Positions 1 through 10,030 of a DNA stretch of 64,000 nt are shown here, in pieces (position 1 is the stretch's first letter; every line of letters begins with the position of its first letter). The stretch is from Gammaproteobacteria bacterium (GTDB lineage: Bacteria; Pseudomonadota; Gammaproteobacteria; Ga0077536). Below the pieces are notes generated by a model. The model had not been told where the DNA came from and searched no databases. It saw nothing but the letters and a program-made list of their open reading frames with translations. Made by a program: the position numbers and the translations under genes. The stretch is from positions 2,848,001 to 2,912,000 of the forward strand of contig CAXXLL010000003.1 in NCBI GenBank assembly GCA_963662545.2, written 5' to 3'.

Positions 1-4
1 CGGC

Positions 5-712
5 TCAACTGTCAGGTGCCCAGGCGGTCGAGCGCGCAGTCTGTCCGAACAAATTCCCACGCTCTTCATCGGTCGGCGGGCCTGTGCGGCGGAACTCCTT
101 GCCCACGTCTATCCCGCGCGAGGCCGCGGGTCTCGCCTTCAACGTTTCGTGCCAGCGCTTGACGTTCGGGAAGGCTGCCAGATCCTGTCCAAAGCGTTTG
201 TAAGGAATCAGCCACGGCCAGGACGCCATATCAGCGATCGAATACTCGCCGACGATGAAATCGCGCCCTTCCAGCCGTCGGTCGAGGACGCCCAGGCAGC
301 GATTGTATTCCTTGCTGTAGCGATCACGGGCGTAGTCGTTGCCGTCTTGCGGCGCGTAGTTGACGAAATGGCTGATCTGACCGGCCATCGGGCCGAGGTT
401 GCCGACCTGCCAGAACAGCCACTCCAGGATTTCCTTGCGGGCCGGCGCATCCTGCGGCATGAACTGCCCGGTTTTCTCGGCGAGGTAGATCAGGATCGCG
501 CCCGATTCGAACACCGTTACCGGTGCTCCGTCGACTTTCTGATCGACGATGGCCGGCATGCGGTTGTTCGGGCTGATGGCGAGGAACTCGGGCTTGAACT
601 GATCACCCGCGCCGATGTTCACCGGGATCATCCGGTAGGTAAGTCCGCACTCTTCGAGCATGATGGAGATCTTCCACCCGTTTGGCGTCGGCCAGTAATA
701 CAGATCGATCAT
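5..712 (-). CDS. Glutathione S-transferase, YfcG/YghU (Nu-class) type
   Basis: N-terminal MIDLYYWPTPNGWK (TPN motif), SPNNRMPAI, FESGAILIYLAEK, YSIADMA. Confidence 0.9.
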   Translation of the reverse strand: MIDLYYWPTPNGWKISIMLEECGLTYRMIPVNIGAGDQFKPEFLAISPNNRMPAIVDQKVDGAPVTVFESGAILIYLAEKTGQFMPQDAPARKEILEWLFWQVGNLGPMAGQISHFVNYAPQDGNDYARDRYSKEYNRCLGVLDRRLEGRDFIVGEYSIADMASWPWLIPYKRFGQDLAAFPNVKRWHETLKARPAASRGIDVGKEFRRTGPPTDEERGNLFGQTARSTAWAPDS

Positions 713-716
713 CGAC

Positions 717-1922
717 TCAATTCGGCCGCGTGCCGTCAGCGCCGATGACGCCTGCGTTGAACAGCTCTGCGATCTCTTCGGAGGAAACGCCGATTTCTCC
801 TAGTATTTCCTCGGTGTGTTGTCCAAGGGCGGGCGCGCCGCGACGTGCCGTGCTCGGCGTGCCCTCGAAGCGCGCAGCAGGTCGCGCCTGGCGCAAGGCG
901 CCGGCCTGCGGATGCTCGTAGATCTCGACGATTGCGTTGGCCTCAATCTGAGGGTGTCGAATCATGTCGTTGCGTGTGAGGACGGGTGAGCAAGGTACGC
1001 CTTCGGCCTCCAGCCGTGCCAGCCACTCGCTGGCCGGGCGCTCGCGCAAGGCTTCCTGGATCATCGCGAGGCGATCGTTAATGTTGCGCTCGCGGAGCGC
1101 CGGCGTCTTAAAGCGCGGGTCGTCGAGCCATTCCGGACATTCGAGCGCGCGCGTCAACGCCTGCCATTCGCGGTCCTGCATGACCGCAACGCTGATGTGT
1201 CCCTCCGCCGTTTCGTAGATCAGATCGATGAAGCTCGCGGCGTCCTGCTGCGGCAGTTCGCCGCCGACGAAGGTCTGAGCGCCCATGTCGGAATGCCACA
1301 GGAAGGAGACGACGGCGTCGAGCATCGACAGCCGCACGTGCTGGCCCTGACCGGTGCGCTCGCGAGCGAGTAGTGCGGCGGTGATCGCCTGTGATGCCAT
1401 GACGGCTGTCACCTTATCGGGGAGGATGGTGCGTACGAGCCGTGGACGCGCATTGTCGGATCCGGCCTGCACCGAGGCCAGGCCCGACAGGGATTGAATC
1501 AGGGGATCGTAGACGGGACGCTCGGCATAAGGACCTTCGAATCCGAATCCCGCGATCGATACGTAGACGACGTCCGGCTTTACGCTACGGATGACGTCTT
1601 CCCCCAGGCCCATGCGCGCGGCCACACCGGGTCTGAAATTCTGGATGAATACGTCCGCGCCCGTGACCAGCTTCATGAGCACTTCCACACCGCGCGCATG
1701 TTTCAGATTCAGCACGATGGAGCGCTTGTTGCGGTTGTTGTTGAGAAAAGCGGCGCCAAAGTCGCCCCGGCGATTGGTGCCCTTGCGCACGTAATCGCCG
1801 CCGGCCGGTTTTTCGACCTTGATCACATCAGCGCCCTGGTCGCCCAGGATCATCGTTGCAAGCGGTCCCGAGATCATCGAACTCAGATCGATGATGCGAT
1901 AGCCGGTAAGTGGTCCTGACAT
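717..1922 (-). CDS. Class III CoA-transferase (CaiB/BaiF family)
   Basis: GPLTGYRIIDLS, LGDQGADVIKVE, NRNKRSI, NFRPG, YD motifs; ATG at 1922 preferred over 1958. Confidence 0.9.
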   Translation of the reverse strand: MSGPLTGYRIIDLSSMISGPLATMILGDQGADVIKVEKPAGGDYVRKGTNRRGDFGAAFLNNNRNKRSIVLNLKHARGVEVLMKLVTGADVFIQNFRPGVAARMGLGEDVIRSVKPDVVYVSIAGFGFEGPYAERPVYDPLIQSLSGLASVQAGSDNARPRLVRTILPDKVTAVMASQAITAALLARERTGQGQHVRLSMLDAVVSFLWHSDMGAQTFVGGELPQQDAASFIDLIYETAEGHISVAVMQDREWQALTRALECPEWLDDPRFKTPALRERNINDRLAMIQEALRERPASEWLARLEAEGVPCSPVLTRNDMIRHPQIEANAIVEIYEHPQAGALRQARPAARFEGTPSTARRGAPALGQHTEEILGEIGVSSEEIAELFNAGVIGADGTRPN

Positions 1923-2074
1923 TTGGCCCGGTTCGTTTGTGCTGTAAATCGGGTACAAGTTTAGCCTGTCTTGGGACTTGAACTCGTCAGGCCTTGAGGT
2001 TTCATTATTTGGTCGTAATTACCGTTGCGGAAGGATGTTCTGCTGCCCGAACACCACACCGCGCCCAGTGCTGA

Positions 2075-2092
2075 TTTTACGATATGATGAAA
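2075..2092. promoter_or_regulatory. Putative DmpR/XylR-type binding site upstream of the activator gene
   Basis: Imperfect palindrome TTTTACGATATGATGAAA, 16/18 identical to the site at 3783-3800. Confidence 0.5.
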
Positions 2093-2126
2093 TTCCTCTT
2101 GTTTCGGCATCTGGGAGGCGCCCGCC

Positions 2127-3761
2127 ATGACCGAATTCGATCTCAAGCCAGCCGGCGACCTCAGAACGCGGCTCAGATTTCAACCGGATTCGGGACAGAT
2201 CTGGCTAGATCAGCAGCGCATGATCATGATTCACGCCGAGGCCATGGGCGAACTGCGCCGTGAGCTCATTGAAACGCTAGGGCGGGAGGGCGCGCGCGGC
2301 GCCCTGACCCGCATGGGCTACGCTTCCGGCACCCGCGATGCGCAGTTCGCGCGGCGGCTTTTCCCCAATGCGAGTGACAGCGAAGTGTTCGTCGTCGGGC
2401 CGCAGCTGCACGAACTCGAGGGCTTCGTCAACGTCCGTCCCGTCAAGTTCGAGATGAACGTGGCGCGGGGGATCTGCGATGGCGAATTTATCTGGGAAAA
2501 TTCGTTCGAAGCCGAAGTCCACCGTACTGCCTTCGGCATCGACACCGAGCCGGCGTGCTGGATGCAGATCGGGTATGCCGCCGGTTACTCGAGCGAACTC
2601 TTCGGCAGCCTCGTGCTGTTTCGTGAAGTCGAATGTTCCGCCCGTGGCGATCGCCACTGCCGCATCGTTGGCAAGCCTCTAGCGGATTGGGATGACGCGG
2701 AACAGGATTTGAAATATTTCCAACCGGAAAGCCTGGCGGACCGGCTGCTGGAACTGCAGACCCAGGTCGAGCAGCTTCGCCAGGCGGTAAGAGACAGCGC
2801 CGAAGCGGATGAATTGATCGGCGAAAGCGCGAGTTTTAAAGCGGCCTACGACCTCATCGCCAAGGTCGCCGCCAGCCAACTGACGGTGATGCTGCTCGGC
2901 GAAACCGGCGTCGGCAAGGAGATGTTCGCGCACAAACTCCATGAATTGAGCACACGTTCCAATGGTCATTTCGTCGCGGTCAACTGCGCCGCGATCCCGG
3001 AGGGATTGATCGAGTCCGAGCTGTTCGGCGTTGAAAAGGGCGCTTTCACGGGCGCCACCCGCTCGCGCCCCGGGCGTTTCGAACGCGCGCATGGTGGCAC
3101 GCTGTTTCTCGATGAAGTGAGTGAATTGTCGCCTGCGGCTCAGGCCAAGCTATTGCGCGTATTGCACGAAGGCGAGATCGAACGCATCGGTGATACGTCG
3201 ACCCGGCGCGTGGACGTCAGGGTCATTGTGGCAACCAATGTCGATCTGGAGACGGCGGTGAACGACGGCGCTTTTCGTGCGGATCTCTACTACCGGCTGA
3301 ACCCCTACCCGGTGAACATACCGCCACTACGTGAACGGCTCGCCGACATTCCGCTGTTGGTCGGACATTTCATCTCGAGCTACCGCGTGCAGCACGGTAA
3401 GCGCATACCAGGGGTCACCGAGGCAGGTATGGCAGCATTGACCGCCTACCATTGGCCCGGCAACATCCGTGAACTCAAGAACATCGTCGAACGCGGCGTG
3501 ATCCTGACTGCGAGCGGCGCACCCATCGATGCGGAAAACCTGATACCGGGCAGCGGTGGCACGGTACCGGTCGGGAAAATCGAGGAGGTGCAGCTCGACA
3601 ATCTTCTCGAATACTCCATACATCACGAACTGTCGCTCGCCGGCATCGAGAAGCGCCTGCTCGAACTCGCGGTCAAACGCTCAGGCGGCAATCTGAGCGC
3701 CGCCGCCCGCCTGCTCGGGATCACCCGCCCCCAGCTCGCTTATCGGCTGACCAAGCATTGA
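2127..3761 (+). CDS. dmpR: Phenol-responsive sigma54-dependent activator (DmpR/XylR/MopR family)
   Basis: XylR_N plus V4R sensor (ECSARGDRHC), AAA+ domain with GETGVGKE, GAFTGA and LFLDE, C-terminal Fis HTH (NLSAAARLLGITRPQLAYRL). Confidence 0.93.
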   Translation: MTEFDLKPAGDLRTRLRFQPDSGQIWLDQQRMIMIHAEAMGELRRELIETLGREGARGALTRMGYASGTRDAQFARRLFPNASDSEVFVVGPQLHELEGFVNVRPVKFEMNVARGICDGEFIWENSFEAEVHRTAFGIDTEPACWMQIGYAAGYSSELFGSLVLFREVECSARGDRHCRIVGKPLADWDDAEQDLKYFQPESLADRLLELQTQVEQLRQAVRDSAEADELIGESASFKAAYDLIAKVAASQLTVMLLGETGVGKEMFAHKLHELSTRSNGHFVAVNCAAIPEGLIESELFGVEKGAFTGATRSRPGRFERAHGGTLFLDEVSELSPAAQAKLLRVLHEGEIERIGDTSTRRVDVRVIVATNVDLETAVNDGAFRADLYYRLNPYPVNIPPLRERLADIPLLVGHFISSYRVQHGKRIPGVTEAGMAALTAYHWPGNIRELKNIVERGVILTASGAPIDAENLIPGSGGTVPVGKIEEVQLDNLLEYSIHHELSLAGIEKRLLELAVKRSGGNLSAAARLLGITRPQLAYRLTKH

Positions 3762-3782
3762 GCGCTGGTTGAGTGTCGTCTG

Positions 3783-3800
3783 TTTTACTATTTGATGAAA
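3783..3800. promoter_or_regulatory. Putative upstream activating sequence for the phenol hydroxylase promoter
   Basis: Imperfect palindrome TTTTACTATTTGATGAAA about 100 bp upstream of the -24/-12 element. Confidence 0.55.
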
Positions 3801-3862
3801 TCTACGTCGACCATTCCTTATGATATGGACAATTTATTGCAATGCAATAATGCAAGCCTTCA

Positions 3863-3875
3863 AAATAAGTTGATT
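3863..3875 (-). promoter_or_regulatory. Putative IHF site between the UAS and the sigma54 promoter
   Basis: Minus strand AATCAACTTATTT, one mismatch to WATCAANNNNTTR, in an AT-rich spacer. Confidence 0.4.
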
Positions 3876-3897
3876 CTTGACAGCGGCTTATCGATCC

Positions 3898-3912
3898 TGG
3901 CACGGGATGTGC
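3898..3912 (+). promoter_or_regulatory. Sigma54 -24/-12 promoter of the phenol hydroxylase operon
   Basis: TGGCACGGGATGTGC: GG-N10-GC with a TGGCACG core, 38 bp before the likely dmpK start. Confidence 0.8.
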
Positions 3913-3950
3913 CTTACTCATGCAATGGCGGTTCAAATCGGGGACGGAGA

Positions 3951-4220
3951 TTGAGAGACGGCGGAAAACTCGGCACGACCGCGCAAGGCAACGAACACGC
4001 GACCCGCTACGTGCGTGTCACGAACGCCGATCGCCGAGGTTACGTTGAATTCCAGTTTTCCATCGGCGACCCCTGTCTTTATCTCGAAATGATGCTGCCG
4101 CCCGCTGCGTTCGCAGAGTTCTGTCGCGAGCACAAGGTTGCGCACTTGAATGAGGAAGAAGCGCGCACAGTCGACCTACAAGAAAACAAATGGCGTTTTG
4201 GCAACGAACAAGAGGAATGA
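3951..4220 (+). CDS. dmpK: Phenol hydroxylase assembly subunit P0
   Basis: RYVRVT...YVEFQFSIGDPCLYLEMMLPPAAFAEFC signature; first gene of the operon; TTG start at 3951 is inferred because the ORF-track start (3792) overlaps the promoter. Confidence 0.85.
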   Translation: MRDGGKLGTTAQGNEHATRYVRVTNADRRGYVEFQFSIGDPCLYLEMMLPPAAFAEFCREHKVAHLNEEEARTVDLQENKWRFGNEQEE

Positions 4221-4223
4221 CAA

Positions 4224-5222
4224 ATGTCCATTGATCTGAAAACGGCGAACGTTGAACCGATCCGCCGTACCTTCGATCACCTGGTCGACAAACTCGGCCC
4301 CGACAAGAACCCGACCCGCTACCAGGAGGCGGTGTGGGGGCTTCAACCTAAGGTCAATTTTCATTATCGTCCGACCTGGGATCCCGCATACGATCTCTAC
4401 GATCCGGGACGGACCGCGGTGGTCATGGAGGATTTTGACGACCTGGTCGATCCGCGCCAGTACTACTACGGCACCTGGACCATTCAGCGCGGCAAACAGC
4501 AGCATTCGCAGGAAAGGAATTTCGACTTCGTCGAGAACCGGGATCTTTTGACCGGCTTCGACAGCGCGCTGAAGGAGAAGATCAAGGCATTGGTAGTGCC
4601 ACTCAGGCACGTCGCCTGGGCGGCCAATACCAATAACTGCTACATCGCCGCGTACGGGTTCGGTGCCCCGGTGACGTCGGCCTGCTCTATGCAAAGCATG
4701 GATCAACTGGGCATCGCGCAGTACATCACCCGCATTGGTCTCGTCATCGACGACTATGACCCGGCGGGACTCGATACCGCCAAGACCGCCTGGTTGTCGG
4801 ATCAGAAATGGCAGCCCATGCGCGCCCTGGCTGAAGAGTCCATGGTCACCAAGGACTGGTTCGAACTTTTTCTCCTGCAGAATTTTTTGATCGACGGTAC
4901 CGTCCACCCGCTGGTGTTCAATCGCTTCGACCGCGAGGTGATCGGCGACGGCGGGGCCGCGTTCTCCATGCTGACCGAATTCATGGTCGACTGGTACGCC
5001 GAATCGACGCGCTGGGTGGACGCGGTGTTGAAACGCGCGGCGGCGGAATCCGACGCCAACAAGCGTTTACTCGATGGCTGGGTCGCCGCCTGGATGCCGC
5101 GCGTCCAGGGTGCCTTGCACCCGCTCGCCGATTTCGCCTTTAACGGCCAGGGCGCCGAGGTGATCGACGGTCTGGTCGACGAACTCATGGCACGCGCCGG
5201 CAAGACCGGGTTGTCCGTTTAG
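4224..5222 (+). CDS. dmpL: Phenol hydroxylase beta subunit P1
   Basis: FHYRPTWDP, DPRQYYYGTW, DWFELF motifs; gene order. Confidence 0.93.
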   Translation: MSIDLKTANVEPIRRTFDHLVDKLGPDKNPTRYQEAVWGLQPKVNFHYRPTWDPAYDLYDPGRTAVVMEDFDDLVDPRQYYYGTWTIQRGKQQHSQERNFDFVENRDLLTGFDSALKEKIKALVVPLRHVAWAANTNNCYIAAYGFGAPVTSACSMQSMDQLGIAQYITRIGLVIDDYDPAGLDTAKTAWLSDQKWQPMRALAEESMVTKDWFELFLLQNFLIDGTVHPLVFNRFDREVIGDGGAAFSMLTEFMVDWYAESTRWVDAVLKRAAAESDANKRLLDGWVAAWMPRVQGALHPLADFAFNGQGAEVIDGLVDELMARAGKTGLSV

Positions 5223-5232
5223 GAGCTTTGAA

Positions 5233-5505
5233 ATGGCCGACAAGGTATTCATAGCACTGCAGAACAACGCCGAGGCGCAGCCGGTGATCGAAGCGATCGT
5301 CGAGGACAATCCTCAAGCCGTCGTCAACGAAACGCCGGGCATGGTCAAGATCGATTGTCCCGGACGACTCGTCATCAAGCGCGAGACGGTCGAAGCGAAA
5401 GCGGGAAGGGAATTCGATCTGCAGGAGATCCAAATCAACCTGATCTCGCTCGGCGGCAACGTTGATGAGGATGACGATGAGTTCGTCCTCATGTGGAACG
5501 TGTGA
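5233..5505 (+). CDS. dmpM: Phenol hydroxylase coupling protein P2 (MmoB/DmpM family)
   Basis: 90 aa; VFIALQ..EAI..DNP..PGMVKID..NLISLGGNVDEDDD. Confidence 0.93.
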   Translation: MADKVFIALQNNAEAQPVIEAIVEDNPQAVVNETPGMVKIDCPGRLVIKRETVEAKAGREFDLQEIQINLISLGGNVDEDDDEFVLMWNV

Positions 5506-5573
5506 TTTGAATAGCTCGGGGGCGTCGGGCAAGTGAAAAAAAGCCCGCATGGTTCTGATTTGAGGAAATCGTA

Positions 5574-7106
5574 ATGGCAAAAAACAAACGGCTGGGACTA
5601 AAGGAAAAGTACGCGCTGATGACGCGGGGGCTCGACTGGGAGACCACTTATCAGCCGATGGATAAGGTATTCCCTTACGACACCTACGAGGGCATCAAGA
5701 TTGTCGATTGGGACAAGTGGGAAGATCCCTTCCGGCTCACCGTGGAATCGTACTGGAAATACCAGTCCGAGAAAGAACGCAAGCTCTACGCCATTCTCGA
5801 TGCGTTCCAACAAAACAACGGCCACATGAACCTGTCCGACGCGCGTTACCTGAACGCCGTCAAGCTGTGGATCCAGGGCATCACGCCATTAGAATATGCG
5901 GCGCATCGCGGTTTTGCCCACGCAGCGCGTGCATTTCGGGGCGCCGGTACGCGCGTGGCCTGCCAGATGCAGTCGATCGACGAACTGCGCCACGCGCAGA
6001 CCCAGATGCACGCCTTCAGCCACTACAACAAGTTCTTCAACGGCTTCCACAATTTCGCGCACATGCGTGATCGCGCCTGGTACCTCTCGATCCCGAAGAG
6101 CTTTTTCGAGGATGCCATGACGGCCGGCCCGTTCGAATTCGTGACCTCGATCGCCTTCTCCTTCGAATACGTGTTGACCAATCTTCTCTTTATGCCTTTC
6201 GTATCGGGCGCCGCGTATAACGGCGATATGGCGACGACGACGTTCGGATTCTCCGCGCAGTCGGACGAGTCGCGGCACATGACCTTGGGGCTCGAGGTCG
6301 TGAAGTTCATGCTGGAGCAGCATGAGGACAACGTCCCCATCGTCCAGGCATGGCTCGACAAGTGGTTCTGGCGCGGCTATCGCCTGCTGGGCCTGGTTGG
6401 CACGATGATGGATTACATGCTGCCGAAGAAAGTCATGTGCTGGAAGGAAGCTTGGGAGATCTACTGGGAGGAAAACGGGGTCGCACTGTTTCACGACCTC
6501 GGCCGCTATGGTATTCGCCTACCGAAGTATCACGAGGTCGCGGCCAAGGAAAAGGACCGCTTGACCCACGAACTCTGGGCCACTCTTTATCAGTTTGGCA
6601 ACGCGCTCGGCCTTCACACCTGGGTGCCGGATGATGAAGAACTCGACTGGATGAGTGAGAAATACGGAACGCTGTTCGACACCATGTACAAGCCGCGCCT
6701 GCTCTATTTTCGCGAGCTCGAAGAGAAGGGCGAGCGGTACTTCAACAATCGCCTGCCAATGGTCTGCCAGGTCTGCCAGATTCCGGTTTTCTATACCGAG
6801 CCTGACGATCCCGAAACGCAGAGCGTGCGCATCGTCGAAGCAAAGGGCACCAAGCATCACTGCTGCTCGGACGGTTGCGCTGACATCTTCAATCGAGAGC
6901 CGGAGAAATATGTCCAGGCGTTGATTCCGCCGCAACAGGTTTACCGCGGCGAGGCCGGGGGCGCGACCAATATCTTCGAATACGCCGAGTGGCTGCACCT
7001 GGTCAAGGACGTCGACACCGGCGAATACCGCGGCTCACCGGACAACCTGAATTGGGATGCGTGGCACGCGAGACAGAAAGCGCCGCAATCGGGCGCAGCG
7101 GTTTGA
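5574..7106 (+). CDS. dmpN: Phenol hydroxylase alpha (diiron) subunit P3
   Basis: DWDKWEDPFRLT, diiron motifs DELRH and DESRH, C-terminal CQVCQIP and CCSDGC. Confidence 0.96.
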   Translation: MAKNKRLGLKEKYALMTRGLDWETTYQPMDKVFPYDTYEGIKIVDWDKWEDPFRLTVESYWKYQSEKERKLYAILDAFQQNNGHMNLSDARYLNAVKLWIQGITPLEYAAHRGFAHAARAFRGAGTRVACQMQSIDELRHAQTQMHAFSHYNKFFNGFHNFAHMRDRAWYLSIPKSFFEDAMTAGPFEFVTSIAFSFEYVLTNLLFMPFVSGAAYNGDMATTTFGFSAQSDESRHMTLGLEVVKFMLEQHEDNVPIVQAWLDKWFWRGYRLLGLVGTMMDYMLPKKVMCWKEAWEIYWEENGVALFHDLGRYGIRLPKYHEVAAKEKDRLTHELWATLYQFGNALGLHTWVPDDEELDWMSEKYGTLFDTMYKPRLLYFRELEEKGERYFNNRLPMVCQVCQIPVFYTEPDDPETQSVRIVEAKGTKHHCCSDGCADIFNREPEKYVQALIPPQQVYRGEAGGATNIFEYAEWLHLVKDVDTGEYRGSPDNLNWDAWHARQKAPQSGAAV

Positions 7107-7125
7107 ACAGGGGGAGGGCATCATC

Positions 7126-7488
7126 ATGACGGTCAAGCATCTGGGCGACAGCTATGATTTCGAATCCGCGAACCGAGAGGAGCGCTACGGCGGTGACATC
7201 AATTTCTACGTCCAGTGGGAACGGCATTTAATGTATGCTTGCCCGTCCGCCTATCGCGCGCCGGTTGACATGAAATTCCGCGATTTTCTCGAGCAGATGC
7301 TGCGGCCGGACTACCAGACCCATCCGGATACGGCAACACTCGATTTCGACGCCTGTGAATGGAAATTCGACCAGCGACCCTGGCAGCCGGATCTCGACAA
7401 GAGCCTCAAGGCAAACGGTGTCGGGCACATGGGCTACATTCAGTTCTCCTCGCCCGGGCTGGATGGCATGCACGGCGTGGGCAACTGA
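7126..7488 (+). CDS. dmpO: Phenol hydroxylase gamma subunit P4
   Basis: WERHLMYACP, HPD, PDLDKSLKANGVGH, SPGLDG; RBS GGAGG before ATG 7126. Confidence 0.88.
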   Translation: MTVKHLGDSYDFESANREERYGGDINFYVQWERHLMYACPSAYRAPVDMKFRDFLEQMLRPDYQTHPDTATLDFDACEWKFDQRPWQPDLDKSLKANGVGHMGYIQFSSPGLDGMHGVGN

Positions 7489-7570
7489 AACCGTTGCGAA
7501 AAATTCAGTAGTCCCCGTAGAAGCCTGCTTGCGGATGAACAGTCTCCTGACCCTTTGAACGTCGAATTCA

Positions 7571-8635
7571 ATGAGCTACCAACTCACGATTGAACCATCG
7601 GGCGAGACCATCGAAGTCGAAGAAAACCAGAGCATACTCGACGCGTCACTGCGCGCCGGCATTTACCTCCCCTATGCGTGCAATCACGGCCTTTGCGGTA
7701 CGTGTAAAGTCGACGTTCTGGAAGGCGAGATCGCACACAATCATGCATCGGCTTTCGCGCTGATGGATATCGAGCGTGACGAGGGCAAGACCCTGGCATG
7801 TTGCGCGACCCTGGATTCGGACGTCGTGATCGAGGCCGAGGTTGACGAAGATCCGGACGCAATGTCCTTACCCGTCGAGGATTTCGTCGGCACGGTTTCG
7901 CGCATAGAGAATCTGACCCCCACGATCAAAGGGATCTGGCTGGCGCTAGCCGGTGATGGCATCGAGTTCCAGGCGGGGCAGTACATCAACCTCGGTATCC
8001 CCGGCCTCGACCAGCCCCGCGCATTTTCGATCGCGAGTGCGCCCTCGGCACGCAAGGAAATAGAACTCAACGTGCGCTTCGTCGAGGGTGGCAAAGGAAC
8101 GACCTACCTGCACGAAGCGCTCAATCCGGGCGACAAGCTGCCGTTCACCGCGCCGCTAGGACGTTTTTACGTACGTAAATCGGCATCCGAACCGGTGATT
8201 TTCCTGGCCGGCGGTTCGGGCCTGTCGAGTCCCAAATCGATGATTCTCGACCTCCTGGAAAATGGTGACGAACGGGAGATCGTCCTGGTCTACGGAGCGC
8301 GCTCGCTAGCGGAGCTCTACTATGCCGATCTGTTTAATGAACTCGCGGAGCGACATCCGAATTTCAAATATTTGGCGGCGCTGTCGGACCCGGCAAGCGA
8401 AGACGCTTGGGCCGGTCCACGTTGCTTTGTTCACGAGCTAGCCGAAAAACGCTTCGACGGCCGCTTTACGGGCCACAAGGCCTATCTCTGCGGACCGCCG
8501 CCGATGGTCGATGCGTGCATCACGAGCCTGATGCGGGGCCGCTTGTTCGAAGATCACATCTTCATGGAGAATTTTTTCACGGCCGCCGATGCGGAAGAGC
8601 CGGCGCGGCGTAGTGCGCTATTCAAGAAGTTTTGA
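7571..8635 (+). CDS. dmpP: Phenol hydroxylase reductase P5 (2Fe-2S/FAD/NADH)
   Basis: CNHGLCGTC...C ferredoxin domain, RAFSIAS, AGGSGLS, YLCGPPPM. Confidence 0.95.
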   Translation: MSYQLTIEPSGETIEVEENQSILDASLRAGIYLPYACNHGLCGTCKVDVLEGEIAHNHASAFALMDIERDEGKTLACCATLDSDVVIEAEVDEDPDAMSLPVEDFVGTVSRIENLTPTIKGIWLALAGDGIEFQAGQYINLGIPGLDQPRAFSIASAPSARKEIELNVRFVEGGKGTTYLHEALNPGDKLPFTAPLGRFYVRKSASEPVIFLAGGSGLSSPKSMILDLLENGDEREIVLVYGARSLAELYYADLFNELAERHPNFKYLAALSDPASEDAWAGPRCFVHELAEKRFDGRFTGHKAYLCGPPPMVDACITSLMRGRLFEDHIFMENFFTAADAEEPARRSALFKKF

Positions 8636-8706
8636 AAAGATGGTAGGAAATATCGAAGGCTTTACCGATTGCAAGGGATTAAAATTAACGAATCGCCGAT
8701 TCGGAT

Positions 8707-9039
8707 ATGCCGTTTAAGATTACTATTGCCGAGACCGACGAACGTTTCCCCTGCCGGGAAGACCAGAACGTCCTGGCGGCGATGGAGCGCTTGGGCCGCG
8801 AGGGGATCCCGGTGGGGTGCCGCGGCGGCGGTTGTGGGATCTGCCGCGTCCAGGTCGTCGGCGAAGCGAAGTTTCGTACGCTCAAGATGAGCCGCGCGCA
8901 GGTAACCGAATCCGACCTTGCCAGGGGAATATGTCTCGCTTGCAAGCTGATTCCCGAAAGCGACCTTACGGTAAAACCGCTCGGCGAGCTGCGTCAGATA
9001 ATGGGGTCAAGTCTTCACATGTCACATTCGAGAACGTGA
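8707..9039 (+). CDS. dmpQ: XylT/DmpQ-type 2Fe-2S ferredoxin (reactivates catechol 2,3-dioxygenase)
   Basis: GCRGGGCGICRV...KMSRAQV...LAC; immediately upstream of the dioxygenase. Confidence 0.88.
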   Translation: MPFKITIAETDERFPCREDQNVLAAMERLGREGIPVGCRGGGCGICRVQVVGEAKFRTLKMSRAQVTESDLARGICLACKLIPESDLTVKPLGELRQIMGSSLHMSHSRT

Positions 9040-9079
9040 CATGTGAAGACTTGACTCCGCTTTTCAGGAGGTGAACAAG

Positions 9080-10003
9080 ATGTCATTCAACGGAGTTATG
9101 CGGCCCGGCCATTGCAGCATTCGAGTCATGGAATTGGAACCCGCCTTGACGCATTACGTCGAGCGGATGGGTTTGATCAAAACCGGCGAAGACGACCAGG
9201 GCCGCGTCTACCTCAAGGCCTGGGACGAACACGACTGTTTCTCGATCGTGTTGCGCGAAGCTGACGCGCCGGGGATGGATTACATGGGATTCAAGGTGCA
9301 CAGCACCGCCGATCTGGACCGGTTCGAGGCGGATTTGCGCGCCTATGGCTGCGAGGTCGAGCGTATCGCGGCCGGCGAGCTCAAGGGCTGCGGCCACCGC
9401 ATCCGCTTCGAGATCCCGAGCGGGCACCAAATCGAGCTGTATGCGGAAAAGGATTACCTTGGCAATGGTCTCGGACGGCGCAATCCGGAAGCCTGGCCGG
9501 AAGGTCTCAAAGGCATGCAGGTCAATCGCTACGATCACTGCCTGCTTTATGGCCCCAATATCCCGGACAATGCGGACCTGTTTATGACGGTCCTGGGCTT
9601 CGATCTGACCGAGCGCATCGTGACGCCGGATGACGTGATGATCGTCGCCTTCTTATCGTGTTCGAACAAGGCGCACGATATCGCGTTCGTGGATCACCCG
9701 GAACCGAACAAGTTTCATCACGCATCGTTCCTGCTCAACAGCTGGGAAGAAATCCTGCGTGCTTCTGACATCATGGGCATGCATCAGATCCCGATTGACA
9801 TTGGGCCCACGCGGCATGGCATCACGCGCGGACAGACGGTCTATTTCTTCGATCCCTCCGGCAACCGCAACGAGGTCTTCTGCGGAGATTACACCTGGTA
9901 CCCGGATCGGGAACCGATCACCTGGGATGCCGAAGAGATCGGCAAGGCCATCTTCTACCACGATCGCAAGCTGAACGAGAATTTCCTGAGCGTCGTGACT
10001 TAA
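9080..10003 (+). CDS. dmpB: Catechol 2,3-dioxygenase (extradiol)
   Basis: [44 protein letters not shown]. Confidence 0.96.
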   Translation: MSFNGVMRPGHCSIRVMELEPALTHYVERMGLIKTGEDDQGRVYLKAWDEHDCFSIVLREADAPGMDYMGFKVHSTADLDRFEADLRAYGCEVERIAAGELKGCGHRIRFEIPSGHQIELYAEKDYLGNGLGRRNPEAWPEGLKGMQVNRYDHCLLYGPNIPDNADLFMTVLGFDLTERIVTPDDVMIVAFLSCSNKAHDIAFVDHPEPNKFHHASFLLNSWEEILRASDIMGMHQIPIDIGPTRHGITRGQTVYFFDPSGNRNEVFCGDYTWYPDREPITWDAEEIGKAIFYHDRKLNENFLSVVT

Positions 10004-10030
10004 GGGACTGGTGTGCTGTCACGCATGCAA

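Noticed and set aside
3792-3950. N-terminal extension of the dmpK ORF in the ORF track
   Set aside because: It overlaps the UAS and sigma54 promoter; the real start is downstream.
5535-5547. Short CGGGC/GCCCG hairpin region between dmpM and dmpN
   Set aside because: A 5-bp stem with a long loop and no U-tract is too weak to call a regulatory element.
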